The notes under the pieces: model-generated
Told to the model about the DNA's origin: nothing
Database searches by the model: none
The model's input: the letters and a program-made list of their open reading frames with translations, nothing else
From: an uncultured delta proteobacterium
GTDB lineage: Bacteria; Desulfobacterota; Binatia; UBA9968
NCBI GenBank assembly: GCA_963755715.1
Contig: CAVWLW010000050.1
Span: 32,001-96,000 of the forward strand
DNA: 64,000 nt
Direction: 5' to 3'
Translations under genes and position numbers: made by a program
In this document: positions 8,838 to 18,913 of the stretch, piece by piece
Position numbering within the stretch: the first letter of the stretch is position 1
Layout: each line of letters begins with the position of its first letter

Positions 8838-9816
8838 ATGCCACAAGAAATGACTTTTGGTGAAGCTTTGGTCAGCGCGCTGGGCGAAGTCCTGGAGCAA
8901 GATCGCCGCGTGGTGTTGATCGGCGGCGGCCTGGTCAGCTCGGGCCCCGCTCAAGCGCAATTTGCCCGCCTGCGTCAGAAATTTGCCAGCCGCATGAAGT
9001 CTCCGCCCATCGCCGAGATTGGCTTTTGCGGCATCGCGGCGGGCGCGGCGATGGCGGGCCTGAGACCGCTCGTCGACATCGGCACAGCGACGTTTTCCTA
9101 CGAAGCGATTCCGCAGATCGTCAACGAAGCGGCCATCGCGTATTCCAACTCCGGCGGACAAACCAACGTGCCGGTGACCTATTTCATGCGTTACGGCATT
9201 CGCGGCGGCGGCGGTGTGCAACATTCGGGAAGCCCGCAGCCGTGGTATTGGAACACGCCGGGCTTGCAAGTCGCCATGCCATCCAGCCCGGCCGACGCCA
9301 AAGGACTTGCTGCGCACCGCGCTGTTAAAAAGCCAGGACCCGACGATCTTTTTCGCCCACGAAAGACTGATGAACCAGCGCGGCCCGGTGCCCGACGGTG
9401 AATATGAAATTCCCTTCGGCAAGGCCGAAGTGAAACGAGAAGGACGCGACGTAACGATCATCGCCACCGGCGTGCAGGTTCCCCGCGCACTGGCCGCAGC
9501 CGACGCGTTGGCGAAGGATGGCATCTCGGCGGAAGTCGTCGATCCTCGAACGTTGGAGCCGCTGGACAAGGCGACTCTGATCGCGTCGGTGAAAAAAACC
9601 GGCCGCGTCGTAATCACCGACGAGAGCCATGATAATTGCAGCGTCGCCTCGGGATTGGCCGCGATCATGGCGGACGAGGCGTTCGCCAGCCTACGCGCGC
9701 CGATCAAGCGCGTGACGATTCCGCACGTCCCCGTGCCCTTCGCGGTGCCGATGGAGGATTACGTAACGCCCACCGCCGAGCGCATCGCCGAGACGGCGCG
9801 GGCGCTGGTGCGATGA
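8838..9816 (+). CDS. E1 beta-like subunit (frameshift near 9305)
   Basis: PIAEIGF, GLRPLV, QHSGS, then GRDVTIIA, EVVDPRTLEPLD, KTGRVV in the second frame. Confidence 0.88.
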
Positions 9817-9856
9817 AGACTCGGCGAATCTCTTTCGACGATTAAACGGTTTGCTC

Positions 9857-10870
9857 TTACTTCACTCCGTAAGCCGCGAACAGTTTGTCGATAAAACCGC
9901 TTTCATCGAGTCTGCGCAAGATTTGATCGTCAACCAAATCTTCGACCCTGGCGTTTCCTATCTTGGGATTACGGAGCTTCATCAGCCGCTGGATGTTGCG
10001 CAGCCCATCCATCGACGGATACGGCTTCTTGTCCATGCCGATGGCGATATCCACAAAGCCTTCCTCCGCTTCCTTTTCGTTCACGCGCAGCCGCCGTTGT
10101 AGTATTTTTAGCGTCGCCGCTTTGTTTACCGGTGAGAGTACGAAGGCCATCCCTTCCAGCATAGCCTTCATGAAGCCCTCCATCACGCGCGGGTTTTTTT
10201 GGATATAGGCGCCGCGCGCAACCACACTCGTACTGGCGATGGGCAAGTTGGATTTGTGGAATTCAGCGAGGATGGGAAAGCCTTTTTCATGAAGCCGCTT
10301 GCTGAAAACAATATCGACCACGGTGGCATCGATGCGATTTTCCTCCAGCGCCTGGCTTAGCACCACCTGGTCGCCGATCACCATAAAGCGAATGTCGTCC
10401 CGGTTGGTGTCGATGCCTAATCGCTCCAGTCCGAGCACGGCTCCCATCCACAGAGTGCCGCCGATGCTGGTGACGCCGAAGCGTTTGCCGCGCAGATCTT
10501 CCGCGCGCTTTATTTCAGGCCGCGCGACCAAGTCGTAGGTGACCCGGTTGGTCAGCACCGCCAATATTTTCAAATCTATCCCAGCCGCCGAAGCGCCCAG
10601 CACCGCGGTTCCGCCGGTGTAGCCGACATCCATATCGCCGGAGGTCAACGCAGCCACCAGAGTCGGCGCACCGCGCACAAAGATCAACTCCGCCTCGATG
10701 CCGTTCTTTTTGAAGAACCCTTGCTCTTGCGCCGCCCACAATGGCGCCACGCGCGGACTGATTGACGCGTAGGCGACGATCATCTTCGTCGGCGCCGCTC
10801 CGGCGCCAGCCACCAAGCCACGATCGAGAACCAGAAAAACGATCAAGAGCACCACTCGAAAGTAAAACAT
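9857..10870 (-). CDS. ABC transporter substrate-binding protein (SsuA/THI5-like)
   Basis: Signal peptide, APLWAAQEQGFF, DLRGKRFGVTS. Confidence 0.88.
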   Translation of the reverse strand: MFYFRVVLLIVFLVLDRGLVAGAGAAPTKMIVAYASISPRVAPLWAAQEQGFFKKNGIEAELIFVRGAPTLVAALTSGDMDVGYTGGTAVLGASAAGIDLKILAVLTNRVTYDLVARPEIKRAEDLRGKRFGVTSIGGTLWMGAVLGLERLGIDTNRDDIRFMVIGDQVVLSQALEENRIDATVVDIVFSKRLHEKGFPILAEFHKSNLPIASTSVVARGAYIQKNPRVMEGFMKAMLEGMAFVLSPVNKAATLKILQRRLRVNEKEAEEGFVDIAIGMDKKPYPSMDGLRNIQRLMKLRNPKIGNARVEDLVDDQILRRLDESGFIDKLFAAYGVK

Positions 10871-10982
10871 GGAGTTCTTCTCCTTTCGCGATGGTGAGGG
10901 TTAGGTGGCCTAAGTTAGTAAAAGCCCCGGCGGCGCGTCAAGGACAAGATCGGATCGAAGTAGCACATGGAAAGATTCTTAA

Positions 10983-11011
10983 TTGACAGAGATTTTGTAT
11001 TTCCTTACACT
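10983..11011 (+). promoter_or_regulatory. Sigma70-type promoter for the SBP gene at 11058
   Basis: TTGACA-17 nt-TACACT. Confidence 0.6.
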
Positions 11012-11057
11012 CCGCCAGTTTCCTCATTGCGGCGGAAGGCCTTAACAGGAGCGCAGC

Positions 11058-12065
11058 ATGACAATGGAAAAGGCAATGAGCCTAAGGGTCAATAATTTAG
11101 GTGCGTGGTGTTTGCTAATTTTTGCTGCTCCCCTTTTGATCGGCGTGGCTTGGATCGACGAAGCCGCGGCGCAGAAGGTGCGGGTTGCCATGCCGGCCAA
11201 GAGCATGACGTTTCTCAACTTTTACGTCGGCGATAAGTTTGGCATCTACAAAGCCGAAGGATTGGACGTGTCTTTGGAAGTGATAAAGACTGACGTCGGC
11301 GTCTCCGGCATGGTCACGGGTGAATTGGATTACACGTCTGCCATCGGCTCGGCGATGCGCGCCGCCGCCACCGGAGTGCCGCTGAAAGCCGCCATGTTCA
11401 CCCTGGACCGAGTGATGGTCTACATGTTCGCCAAGCCCGCGATCAAGTCGATTGAAGAGCTGAAAGGTGGCAAGGTCGTTGCCACGACCGGCTTGGTCGC
11501 GACGCCGACCTATGCGGCCAAGGTCATGGCTCGTGCCCATGGGGTCAACCCCGATAAAGACTTGACCTTCATTTCCACCGGCGACGTGGCCAATTCTCTG
11601 GCTGCGCTGCAGAGCGGAACGGCGGACGTGGCGATGCTTTCGATTCCTTTCAACTTCAGGGCAGAGGAGTTAGGCTTTCGCAACCTCGGCAACGCCGTCG
11701 ATTATCTTCAGTCGCCCTTTGCCGGACTCGGAGCCACCGACGCCAAGATGAAGAGCAACCCCGCACAGGTGAAACGCATGATTCGCGCGACCCTCAAGGG
11801 AATGGAATTCACCAGAGATCCGGCAAACCAAGAAAAGGTAGCCGGCTTGTTAATGGATGAGTTCAAACTCGACCGCAAGACCGCCGGTCTCTCGCTGCGC
11901 GAGATCATCAAGGCCTTCACCAGAGATGGCACGACCTCGGAAGACGCCGTGAAGGTCGAGATCAAGGAAATCCGCGAGCAGGCAAAGATCAAAGCCGAAA
12001 TCCCCGTCAGCCAATTGGTTGACTACAAACTGCTCGAAGAAGTTTTGGCGGAGATGAAGCGATAG
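11058..12065 (+). CDS. ABC transporter substrate-binding protein (SsuA/THI5-like)
   Basis: Signal peptide, GIYKAEGLDV, NPAQVKRMIRA; AGGAG RBS. Confidence 0.88.
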   Translation: MTMEKAMSLRVNNLGAWCLLIFAAPLLIGVAWIDEAAAQKVRVAMPAKSMTFLNFYVGDKFGIYKAEGLDVSLEVIKTDVGVSGMVTGELDYTSAIGSAMRAAATGVPLKAAMFTLDRVMVYMFAKPAIKSIEELKGGKVVATTGLVATPTYAAKVMARAHGVNPDKDLTFISTGDVANSLAALQSGTADVAMLSIPFNFRAEELGFRNLGNAVDYLQSPFAGLGATDAKMKSNPAQVKRMIRATLKGMEFTRDPANQEKVAGLLMDEFKLDRKTAGLSLREIIKAFTRDGTTSEDAVKVEIKEIREQAKIKAEIPVSQLVDYKLLEEVLAEMKR

Positions 12066-12262
12066 AAATACCGGCGGATGATTCGCCGCGCTCAGCATCG
12101 AGATTTATGAAACTTATTCTGGCTAGCGCTCTGCTCGCATCGCAAATCCTTACGGCATCCGCGCCGCGCTCAGCTGCTCGGCAATGTAATGTGGCGGTCG
12201 CTCTTCGAGAATGACAAGCGGTAAACTTTAGATCGTTGTGACGCGCCGAATTACACCGATCG

Positions 12263-12631
12263 TTACACAGGCCAGCTATGTTTGGAGAGATCGATGGGAT
12301 TGCCGTCGGGGTCGTGGACGCGGTATTCCGCCTCGCGGTTCGGCGGTCGCTTGTCGACGCCGGTTGAAGCATTGAGTTCCTTACAAGCCTCGTGGACGGC
12401 GGCCACGTCCTCCACCTCGAAACCGAAATGATTGATTCCCACTTGCAACTGTGGCCCTTCGATCTCGCGCTCCGGCCCGATCGGTATGATCGCAAGATTA
12501 ATGTGCCCATCGGAAAGATAAGTCGCCGTGCCGACGCCGTGAACGATCTTCAAGCCGAACGCCGTGGTGTAAAACTTAACCAGCTTCTCCACGTCCTCGG
12601 TGAGAATCGCGAGATGACGGATGCGAGCCAT
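12263..12631 (-). CDS. VOC (glyoxalase/bleomycin resistance) family protein
   Basis: IRHLAI, GINHFGFEV, HDPDGNPIDL. Confidence 0.9.
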   Translation of the reverse strand: MARIRHLAILTEDVEKLVKFYTTAFGLKIVHGVGTATYLSDGHINLAIIPIGPEREIEGPQLQVGINHFGFEVEDVAAVHEACKELNASTGVDKRPPNREAEYRVHDPDGNPIDLSKHSWPV

Positions 12632-12844
12632 AGATTTTCTCCTTTACGACCAACCTGAAGCTGGCCGCATCCTACGAAATCTCCACTGCGCCTGACAAGC
12701 GCAATCGACGTGCGAATCCACAGCAAATCATCGGTTGATAAGTCGGCGCTTGCCGAAAAAAGTCATTCTTGGTCGGCGAGCTGCGACATAATCCGCGCTG
12801 GCCTTCAGCCCTCGTAGTGAAGTGTGACAGCTATATAGCGTTTG

Positions 12845-12916
12845 CCGTTCATGGTTCGAGAACCTCACCACGAACGGCTTGTGCCTTGACCTTTCACCCT
12901 GAGCTCGTCGAAGGGT
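12845..12916. repeat. REP-like palindromic doublet
   Basis: ccgttcatggttcgagaacctcaccacgaacgg plus ttcaccctgagctcgtcgaagggt; related motifs at ~25967, ~33277 and ~62162. Confidence 0.65.
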
Positions 12917-13043
12917 TCTTCGAACTCAAACCCGAATCAACCGTTATAGTCCAATAGTAAACGCGCTCCTGAGTCGACTATGCTTGAACCGTCATATTAA
13001 GCGGGATTATTGTATCCGATGAATCTAAAAATGGAGAATCACC

Positions 13044-14384
13044 ATGGGACAAACCGAAACCGCACTGGCAAAATTCGTCCTGGACTTTCCGACCCAGGAG
13101 GTTCCCGCCGACGTCATGCACTTGGCCAAGCGCTGCTTGATGAACTACTCCGGCGTCGCGCTTCTCGCCAACCTCGACCCAGCGATTGATATCTTGCTCG
13201 ATGTATTGCGCGCCGAGGGCTGTGCGCCTGCAGCCACCGTCATCGGCAAGGGGTTTAAGACCTCGGCGCTGAACGCGGCGCTGGCAAACGGCTTTCTCGG
13301 TCACTTCGAAGACTATGACGACACGCATACGACGGTGATTCATCCGAGCGCGCCGATCCTGCCGGGAGCACTGGCGCTCAGCGAACAAAGGACCGTGAGC
13401 GGAAAAGATTTTCTCGCGGCATTCGCCGTTGGCGTCGAGGTCGCGTGCCGCATCGGTCTGGTGCTGGTAGAACATTTTCGCGAAGGCGCGGCGCATTGGC
13501 ACATCACCAACACCTGCGGCGTGCTTGGTGCGGCGGCCGCGGCCGGCCGTCTACTCAAACTCAACCAAGGTCAAATGGTCTACGCTTTCGCCATCGCCGG
13601 CACCCAGGCGAGCGGTCTGCGCGAAGTGTTCGGCTCCATGTGCAAGCCGTTTCACGCGGGCAAGGCGGCGCAAAACGGCACCCTGGCGGCGCTGTTGGCG
13701 CAGCGCGGCTTCACCGGCACCGACAGCATTTTCGAAGGAGCGCGCGGCCTGGTCGGCGTGATGGCCAGCGGTCACGACATCAGCGAAGCGACGAAAGATT
13801 TGGGCCAACGCTGGGAGTTGCCGCAAAACGGGCTCAAACCTTTTGCCTGCGGCCAAGCCAATCATGGCTTTATCGACGCCGCGCTCGCCCTGCGAAAGCA
13901 ACCCGGCGTCAGGCCCGAAACCATCAAACATATCCAGGGCAGCGTCGAGCAGTTCGCGCCGGCGCTGGTGCGCCGCCGTCATCCGCGCAGCGGACTCGAA
14001 TCGAAGTTTTGCTACTATCACTCAGTAGCGGCAGCGCTCGTCGACGGCCAGGCGCTGCCGGCGCAATTCACCGACGAGCGCGCCGCCGATCCGGCGATCG
14101 AGAGCCTGCGCAATCGCATCGATTTTAACGAAGATCCGTCGTTGCCCCGCCGCGCGGTTCGAGTTACCCTCGAATTGACCGACGGTCGCACCTATACGGA
14201 AAGAGTGGATCACCCGACCGGCACGCCGGGGAATCCGATGAGCGACACCAGGGTGCAAGAAAAATTTCACGGACTCGCAAGCGCGGTTCTCGGAGTAGAA
14301 AAAGCCGATAAGGCGCAAAGCGCTCTATGGAGTGTCGACACCATGCCTGACGTGAGCCAGCTGATACCGTTGCTGCTCAAATGA
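13044..14384 (+). CDS. MmgE/PrpD family protein
   Basis: HFEDYDDTH..IHPSAP, GSMCKPFHAG, KPFAC, GTPGNPM. Confidence 0.92.
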   Translation: MGQTETALAKFVLDFPTQEVPADVMHLAKRCLMNYSGVALLANLDPAIDILLDVLRAEGCAPAATVIGKGFKTSALNAALANGFLGHFEDYDDTHTTVIHPSAPILPGALALSEQRTVSGKDFLAAFAVGVEVACRIGLVLVEHFREGAAHWHITNTCGVLGAAAAAGRLLKLNQGQMVYAFAIAGTQASGLREVFGSMCKPFHAGKAAQNGTLAALLAQRGFTGTDSIFEGARGLVGVMASGHDISEATKDLGQRWELPQNGLKPFACGQANHGFIDAALALRKQPGVRPETIKHIQGSVEQFAPALVRRRHPRSGLESKFCYYHSVAAALVDGQALPAQFTDERAADPAIESLRNRIDFNEDPSLPRRAVRVTLELTDGRTYTERVDHPTGTPGNPMSDTRVQEKFHGLASAVLGVEKADKAQSALWSVDTMPDVSQLIPLLLK

Positions 14385-14570
14385 GTGGGTCGCATCTTTA
14401 ATATTTACGAGCAAATTTCTCGCTGGCTTGCGCCTGAATCCTTAACGGCCCTTTTAAAAAATAAAAGCAGAAGGCTCTTCACCTTCCTAGCCTAGGAAGT
14501 CGGTGACCATGCGGGCCATCTTCTCGCCTTCATGGATCACGACCGCTCGCTTCGCTTTCCCATACTCAAC

Positions 14571-15023
14571 TCACACCGGTGCGCCGAGCCCTTTATGCAG
14601 CCGCTTGGTGAATTCCTGCAGGATCAACGTCGCCGTCGCGCGCAAGACCATGTCGCCGAGAATGCCCAGCCGCCCTTTGATTTTCACGTCGGCTTTGTAG
14701 TCCATTTGCGTTTTGTTATCCAATGCAGCGCGCAGGTCGACGGTCATGTCGGCGTTCACCGTGCTTTTGGTCACCGAATCCACGCCCTCGGTCCGCACCA
14801 CCATCTGTTCCGGCGGCCGGCTTTCGACTATCGTCGAGCGAAAGTTGAACTTCCCCGAGATCGGCCCCACGGCCGCCGAGATAATCCCGTCAAAGGTTTT
14901 ATCATCGATCTGCTTGACCTCATCGATGCCGGGCAGACAGGTAGAAAACTTATTGATGTCGATCAAAAAGTCCCAGGCCTTCTGAACCGGGACGTTGAGA
15001 TCGATCTTGCCGTCAAATATCAT
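14571..15023 (-). CDS. coxG: CoxG/SRPBCC family protein
   Basis: WDFLID..CLPG, AVGPI, GRLGILG; start chosen at ATG 15023 behind GGAG. Confidence 0.8.
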   Translation of the reverse strand: MIFDGKIDLNVPVQKAWDFLIDINKFSTCLPGIDEVKQIDDKTFDGIISAAVGPISGKFNFRSTIVESRPPEQMVVRTEGVDSVTKSTVNADMTVDLRAALDNKTQMDYKADVKIKGRLGILGDMVLRATATLILQEFTKRLHKGLGAPV

Positions 15024-15390
15024 CGCTGTCTCTCCCAAAACAAATTCAGGCGCGATCTTATGCGAGAAAATTTTTCCTGACAAGGCCTGGACTAAATCTA
15101 TGACGGACCGCGCGGGTGAGTGCTCACGGCGCAAATAAACAGGAATTTGCGCTGCTCTAGCTTAAACGTCCTGCCGTATCGTCAGGGTGAAAGTCGAACC
15201 TTTGCTATACTCGCTTTCAGCACTCAGATCGCCCAAAAGCTCGGCCAATCACGCGGCGAATCGTAAACGTTCTGACAAGCGTACTTCGTATCAACGCCAA
15301 TTTCCGGCCCAAGCCCGCGATGCAACACGCATTAGCGGCGCGAGCGGCAAACACTCCGGCTTCGTTGCGGCAAATGAGCCAACATTGACG

Positions 15391-15419
15391 TTGACAAACT
15401 GACACAATCAACCTAGGGT
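15391..15419 (+). promoter_or_regulatory. Possible sigma70 promoter for the sigma factor gene
   Basis: TTGACA-17 nt-TAGGGT. Confidence 0.35.
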
Positions 15420-15586
15420 GGCGTTACACATCCCTCAACAATAGATCGGTCTAGCATTGATTTTCCGAAAGTGGTCGTGATTTCATGATCGCGCTCCTCC
15501 TTCTGATAGTTGCTGCCAATCTAATTTCGCTTGCGCTCCGCTTTTAAAACGCGCTCAAACGTCGCCGCTGACCGGCAAGGTAAAAA

Positions 15587-17149
15587 ATGATGAACGAAAA
15601 TATTGCAAACATGCCGGCCGAATTCCAACTATTGCCAACCGCAATGGGAAGCACCTCCGAGATTGAAATATCGGTGCAATTCGACCCGGAAAGTTTGCCT
15701 GTCGATACGCTTCTTGCGGCCGATGTAGAAGTCACGGAGCTGGAGTCGCTCGAACCAGTATCGGGTATCGAGGAGGAGGCGGAAGACGACAACAAAAACG
15801 ACGCGCTGCTTGCCGCGCCGAACCCCATCGTCCGTTATCTCCAGGACATACGCTCCGTTCCGCTGCTTAGCCGCAACGAAGAAATCAGCTTGGCGCGGCA
15901 GATCGAAGAGGGACAAGACCAAATCGTCGAAGAAGCGCTCTCATCGCGTCTGGCACTCCGCTATGTGCTTGAGCTTGGCCAAACGGTTGCCGCAAGACAA
16001 GTGAGCATGCGCGACATCGTCAGGCTGCACGTGGAGGTTTCCGGGGAACATTTCGATGACGAACGCATGTTAAGATCGCGCTTTCGAACGGGCGTGCTTA
16101 AATTGCGGCGCTTGGCCAATCACGATCGATACACCGCCGCGCGGTCGGAAAAGCCGGCGACCGGTGCACGCGAAATGATGATCCTCAAGCAAAGAAAAAA
16201 GATCGCCGAGGTGATCAAATCTCTCGATCTCACTCACGAGCATATCGACGCTATCATCCAGCGGCACAGCGACGTCTACGAACGCGCCAAAGAGCTCATA
16301 GAAAAAACCCGCGGTCAACCGAAACCACGCAAACAAATCCAGGCTATGGAAAAGGCGATCGGCATGCCAATCGCTGAACTCGGGCGCAAGCTCGAAACAA
16401 TTCTCGACAAAAGGGCGCAAGTCGCTGCGGCAAAGAACCATTTTGCCCAGGCAAACCTGCGTTTGGTCGCCGCCATTGCGAAGAAATATTGCGGCCACGG
16501 CCTTAGTTACCTGGATCTCATTCAAGAAGGCAATATCGGTCTGCTGCGCGCCGTCGATAAGTTTGATTACCGGCTTGGTTTCCGCTTCGCGACCTACGCC
16601 AGCTGGTGGATTCGCCAAGCCGTCACTCGTTCGCTTTCAGATCATGCGCACACCATCCGCATCCCGGTCCACATGGTCGAGCTGACCAATAAATTGTCGC
16701 ATACTCTCGACAGCCTCGGACGCCAACTCGGCCGCAGGCCAACTTCGCAGGAAATTGCCGTGCGCATGGCCGTACCAGAAGCCAAAGTTCATACGATTTT
16801 AAATTTAGTCAAAGAACCAATCTCGCTGGATATCCCATTGGGTGAAGATGGTGAGAGCTGCTTGGCGGACGTGATCCGGGACGAGCATGCCGCCGATCCT
16901 GAGGCGCTAGTCATCGACGCAACATTCAAACACGCGATGCAAAGACTTCTGACGACCCTCACTCCTCGCGAAGAAAAAATTATCTGCATGCGCTTTGGCA
17001 TCCGGCAAAAGACCAGCCACACGCTTGAGGAAACCGGCAAGGTATTCGGCATCACGCGCGAAAGAATTCGGCAGATCGAAGCGATCGCGCTCAAGAAACT
17101 GCGGCGCTCCGATCCGGCCTTGCGCCATCTCATGCCGACAACAAGATAG
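15587..17149 (+). CDS. RpoD/SigA-family sigma factor paralog (regions 1.2, NCR, 2, 3, 4; no clear region 1.1)
   Basis: [76 protein letters not shown]. Confidence 0.92.
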   Translation: MMNENIANMPAEFQLLPTAMGSTSEIEISVQFDPESLPVDTLLAADVEVTELESLEPVSGIEEEAEDDNKNDALLAAPNPIVRYLQDIRSVPLLSRNEEISLARQIEEGQDQIVEEALSSRLALRYVLELGQTVAARQVSMRDIVRLHVEVSGEHFDDERMLRSRFRTGVLKLRRLANHDRYTAARSEKPATGAREMMILKQRKKIAEVIKSLDLTHEHIDAIIQRHSDVYERAKELIEKTRGQPKPRKQIQAMEKAIGMPIAELGRKLETILDKRAQVAAAKNHFAQANLRLVAAIAKKYCGHGLSYLDLIQEGNIGLLRAVDKFDYRLGFRFATYASWWIRQAVTRSLSDHAHTIRIPVHMVELTNKLSHTLDSLGRQLGRRPTSQEIAVRMAVPEAKVHTILNLVKEPISLDIPLGEDGESCLADVIRDEHAADPEALVIDATFKHAMQRLLTTLTPREEKIICMRFGIRQKTSHTLEETGKVFGITRERIRQIEAIALKKLRRSDPALRHLMPTTR

Positions 17150-17441
17150 ACGCGCGTGAAACCGCTATCGTTTGGGAGCACGACTCGATTCTTCTAGAGT
17201 CTGGCGAGATCATGCCTTGATCGACGTGACCGCAAATGATTTTGCCGTTTTCCTGTCAAACCAGCGAAAGAACCCACGCTGACCACACGTTCGAAATGTC
17301 GGATCGGTGCAGATCCAAACGTGCTTAGAAAATAATAATCAAGAACGGGCGGCCCAGGAAAGCAGGCTCTGAGACGGCGGGATTCACAAATTGAGAAGAG
17401 TTAATCAAGTTACAGAGCTAGGGCGAACTCCTCAACAGACT

Positions 17442-17663
17442 TTATTTTTGCGACCGCTCATCGATCCACTTCTTGCCCAATTCAAAACCGCGAGCGCTGG
17501 CGTCCTCTGTGGTGACGAACGCCTCGCCGGAAACTAATCTCGCTATCGGGCTGTGGTCCCGTTTATGCCTGATTTCGACAACGAGAATGCATGACGAGTT
17601 GCTAGACTTATCAGGGGTGAGAAATACGGAAATGTAGTGATTGCTATAACGCAGGACAGCCAT
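17442..17663 (-). CDS. Small hypothetical protein
   Basis: 73-aa ORF with AAGGA RBS and a protein-like C-terminal helix (GFELGKKWIDE). Confidence 0.5.
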   Translation of the reverse strand: MAVLRYSNHYISVFLTPDKSSNSSCILVVEIRHKRDHSPIARLVSGEAFVTTEDASARGFELGKKWIDERSQK

Positions 17664-18461
17664 CGCAGAACATCCTTTTCGGACCTCCGGTCCTGGCGGC
17701 CCCGGACGGACTAAGCTCGAACGGCTTTACGTGTGAATCTAAGGGTACTGTGCTTTCCCTGCTGTTACAATCGGCAATTCGCACAATAGTGAAGAAGAAA
17801 AAATTAGGCCCGAAATATAGCAGGTGTGGCTTGTAGCAAGGAACGTCCGTGCAGTAAAAGCAGCACGTCAAGTTTTCAACGATGTCTCAAAACTTCCCCG
17901 GATACGCCGCACGCGATGATTTCCCGACGCGATAGTCACGGCCGCTTTCGCCAAGGCGTCTGGACTCGGCCGGTCAGAGGCGGTCTCGCTCACGTAAGCC
18001 CATGTCACGTTACATTAGGATCAACGACATAAGTCACCGGAGCGGGCCCAATGACCCTCGTTGGCGGTACCGACGGCACGGATCAGTATGGCATTGGGAT
18101 CGGTAAGCAGTCGCAGGGATAGGGATCGAGTGGAATATGCGGCCTGTCCACTTGGCAGTCGCGCATCACGCGATCGAGAAATTTCTTGGCTTCTTCCGGA
18201 GGCTCGACGCTGACGCCCGAGGATTTGAACTTTTCCTTCGAGATAGCGCTCCACTCGTAGACCAAGGCCGTCACCCGGGCCCGGCACCACAGCGTCGCCA
18301 GCGGCCGCGGTAGAAAAATCACCGTGGACAGCGCCTGAGCGAATACCGCGGGAAACTCGACCGTTGCCCATCGATGTCCGGGAGCGTTATGCGAGCGCCG
18401 ACTGGCTAGCCCCGGCCATTGTCTCGTATCCGCGTTAAGGCACAGCATGCCGCGCTCTAAG

Positions 18462-18698
18462 TCAATCGACGATCGCATACTCCCTCTCATTCAGTATGAT
18501 TTTCCCGGCAACCGGCATGCGCTTGCGCATGGAGTTTACCGTGTGGCAGCCTTTATCGGCGAATTGCGCGACTTTGATGACCTTATCGGTTGGCGCGGCG
18601 GTCTTGATGTTAAAAAAATAGCTGAGCCCTCGCGCGGCTTGTGAAAAATCCTCCATTTCGAGATCGTCGATGGCCACCGCCGCTTTCGCCAGCGCCAC
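18462..18698 (-). pseudogene. Truncated, internally deleted OsmC-family remnant
   Basis: Matches the C-terminal half of 40583..41131 (ADKGCHTVNSMRKRMPV) but lacks the N-terminus and ~14 internal residues. Confidence 0.75.
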
Positions 18699-18913
18699 GA
18701 GGCTTGGTCGGCGGCGCTATCGCTAACGGAGCCCACTTCGCTCATTGGCAGAATCAATAGCGTCCGTGGCTCGGCGCGTCCCATTCCAGTGTCAACGTCG
18801 ATCTGGCTTGGCTTGAGACCGCTGAGAATCCTTTTTATGGAGCCCGTCCGTCAAGACTTATAGCTTGCTTTCAATGGCCGCCCAAATATATTCTCACCCA
18901 AGCGTGAGGCGTT

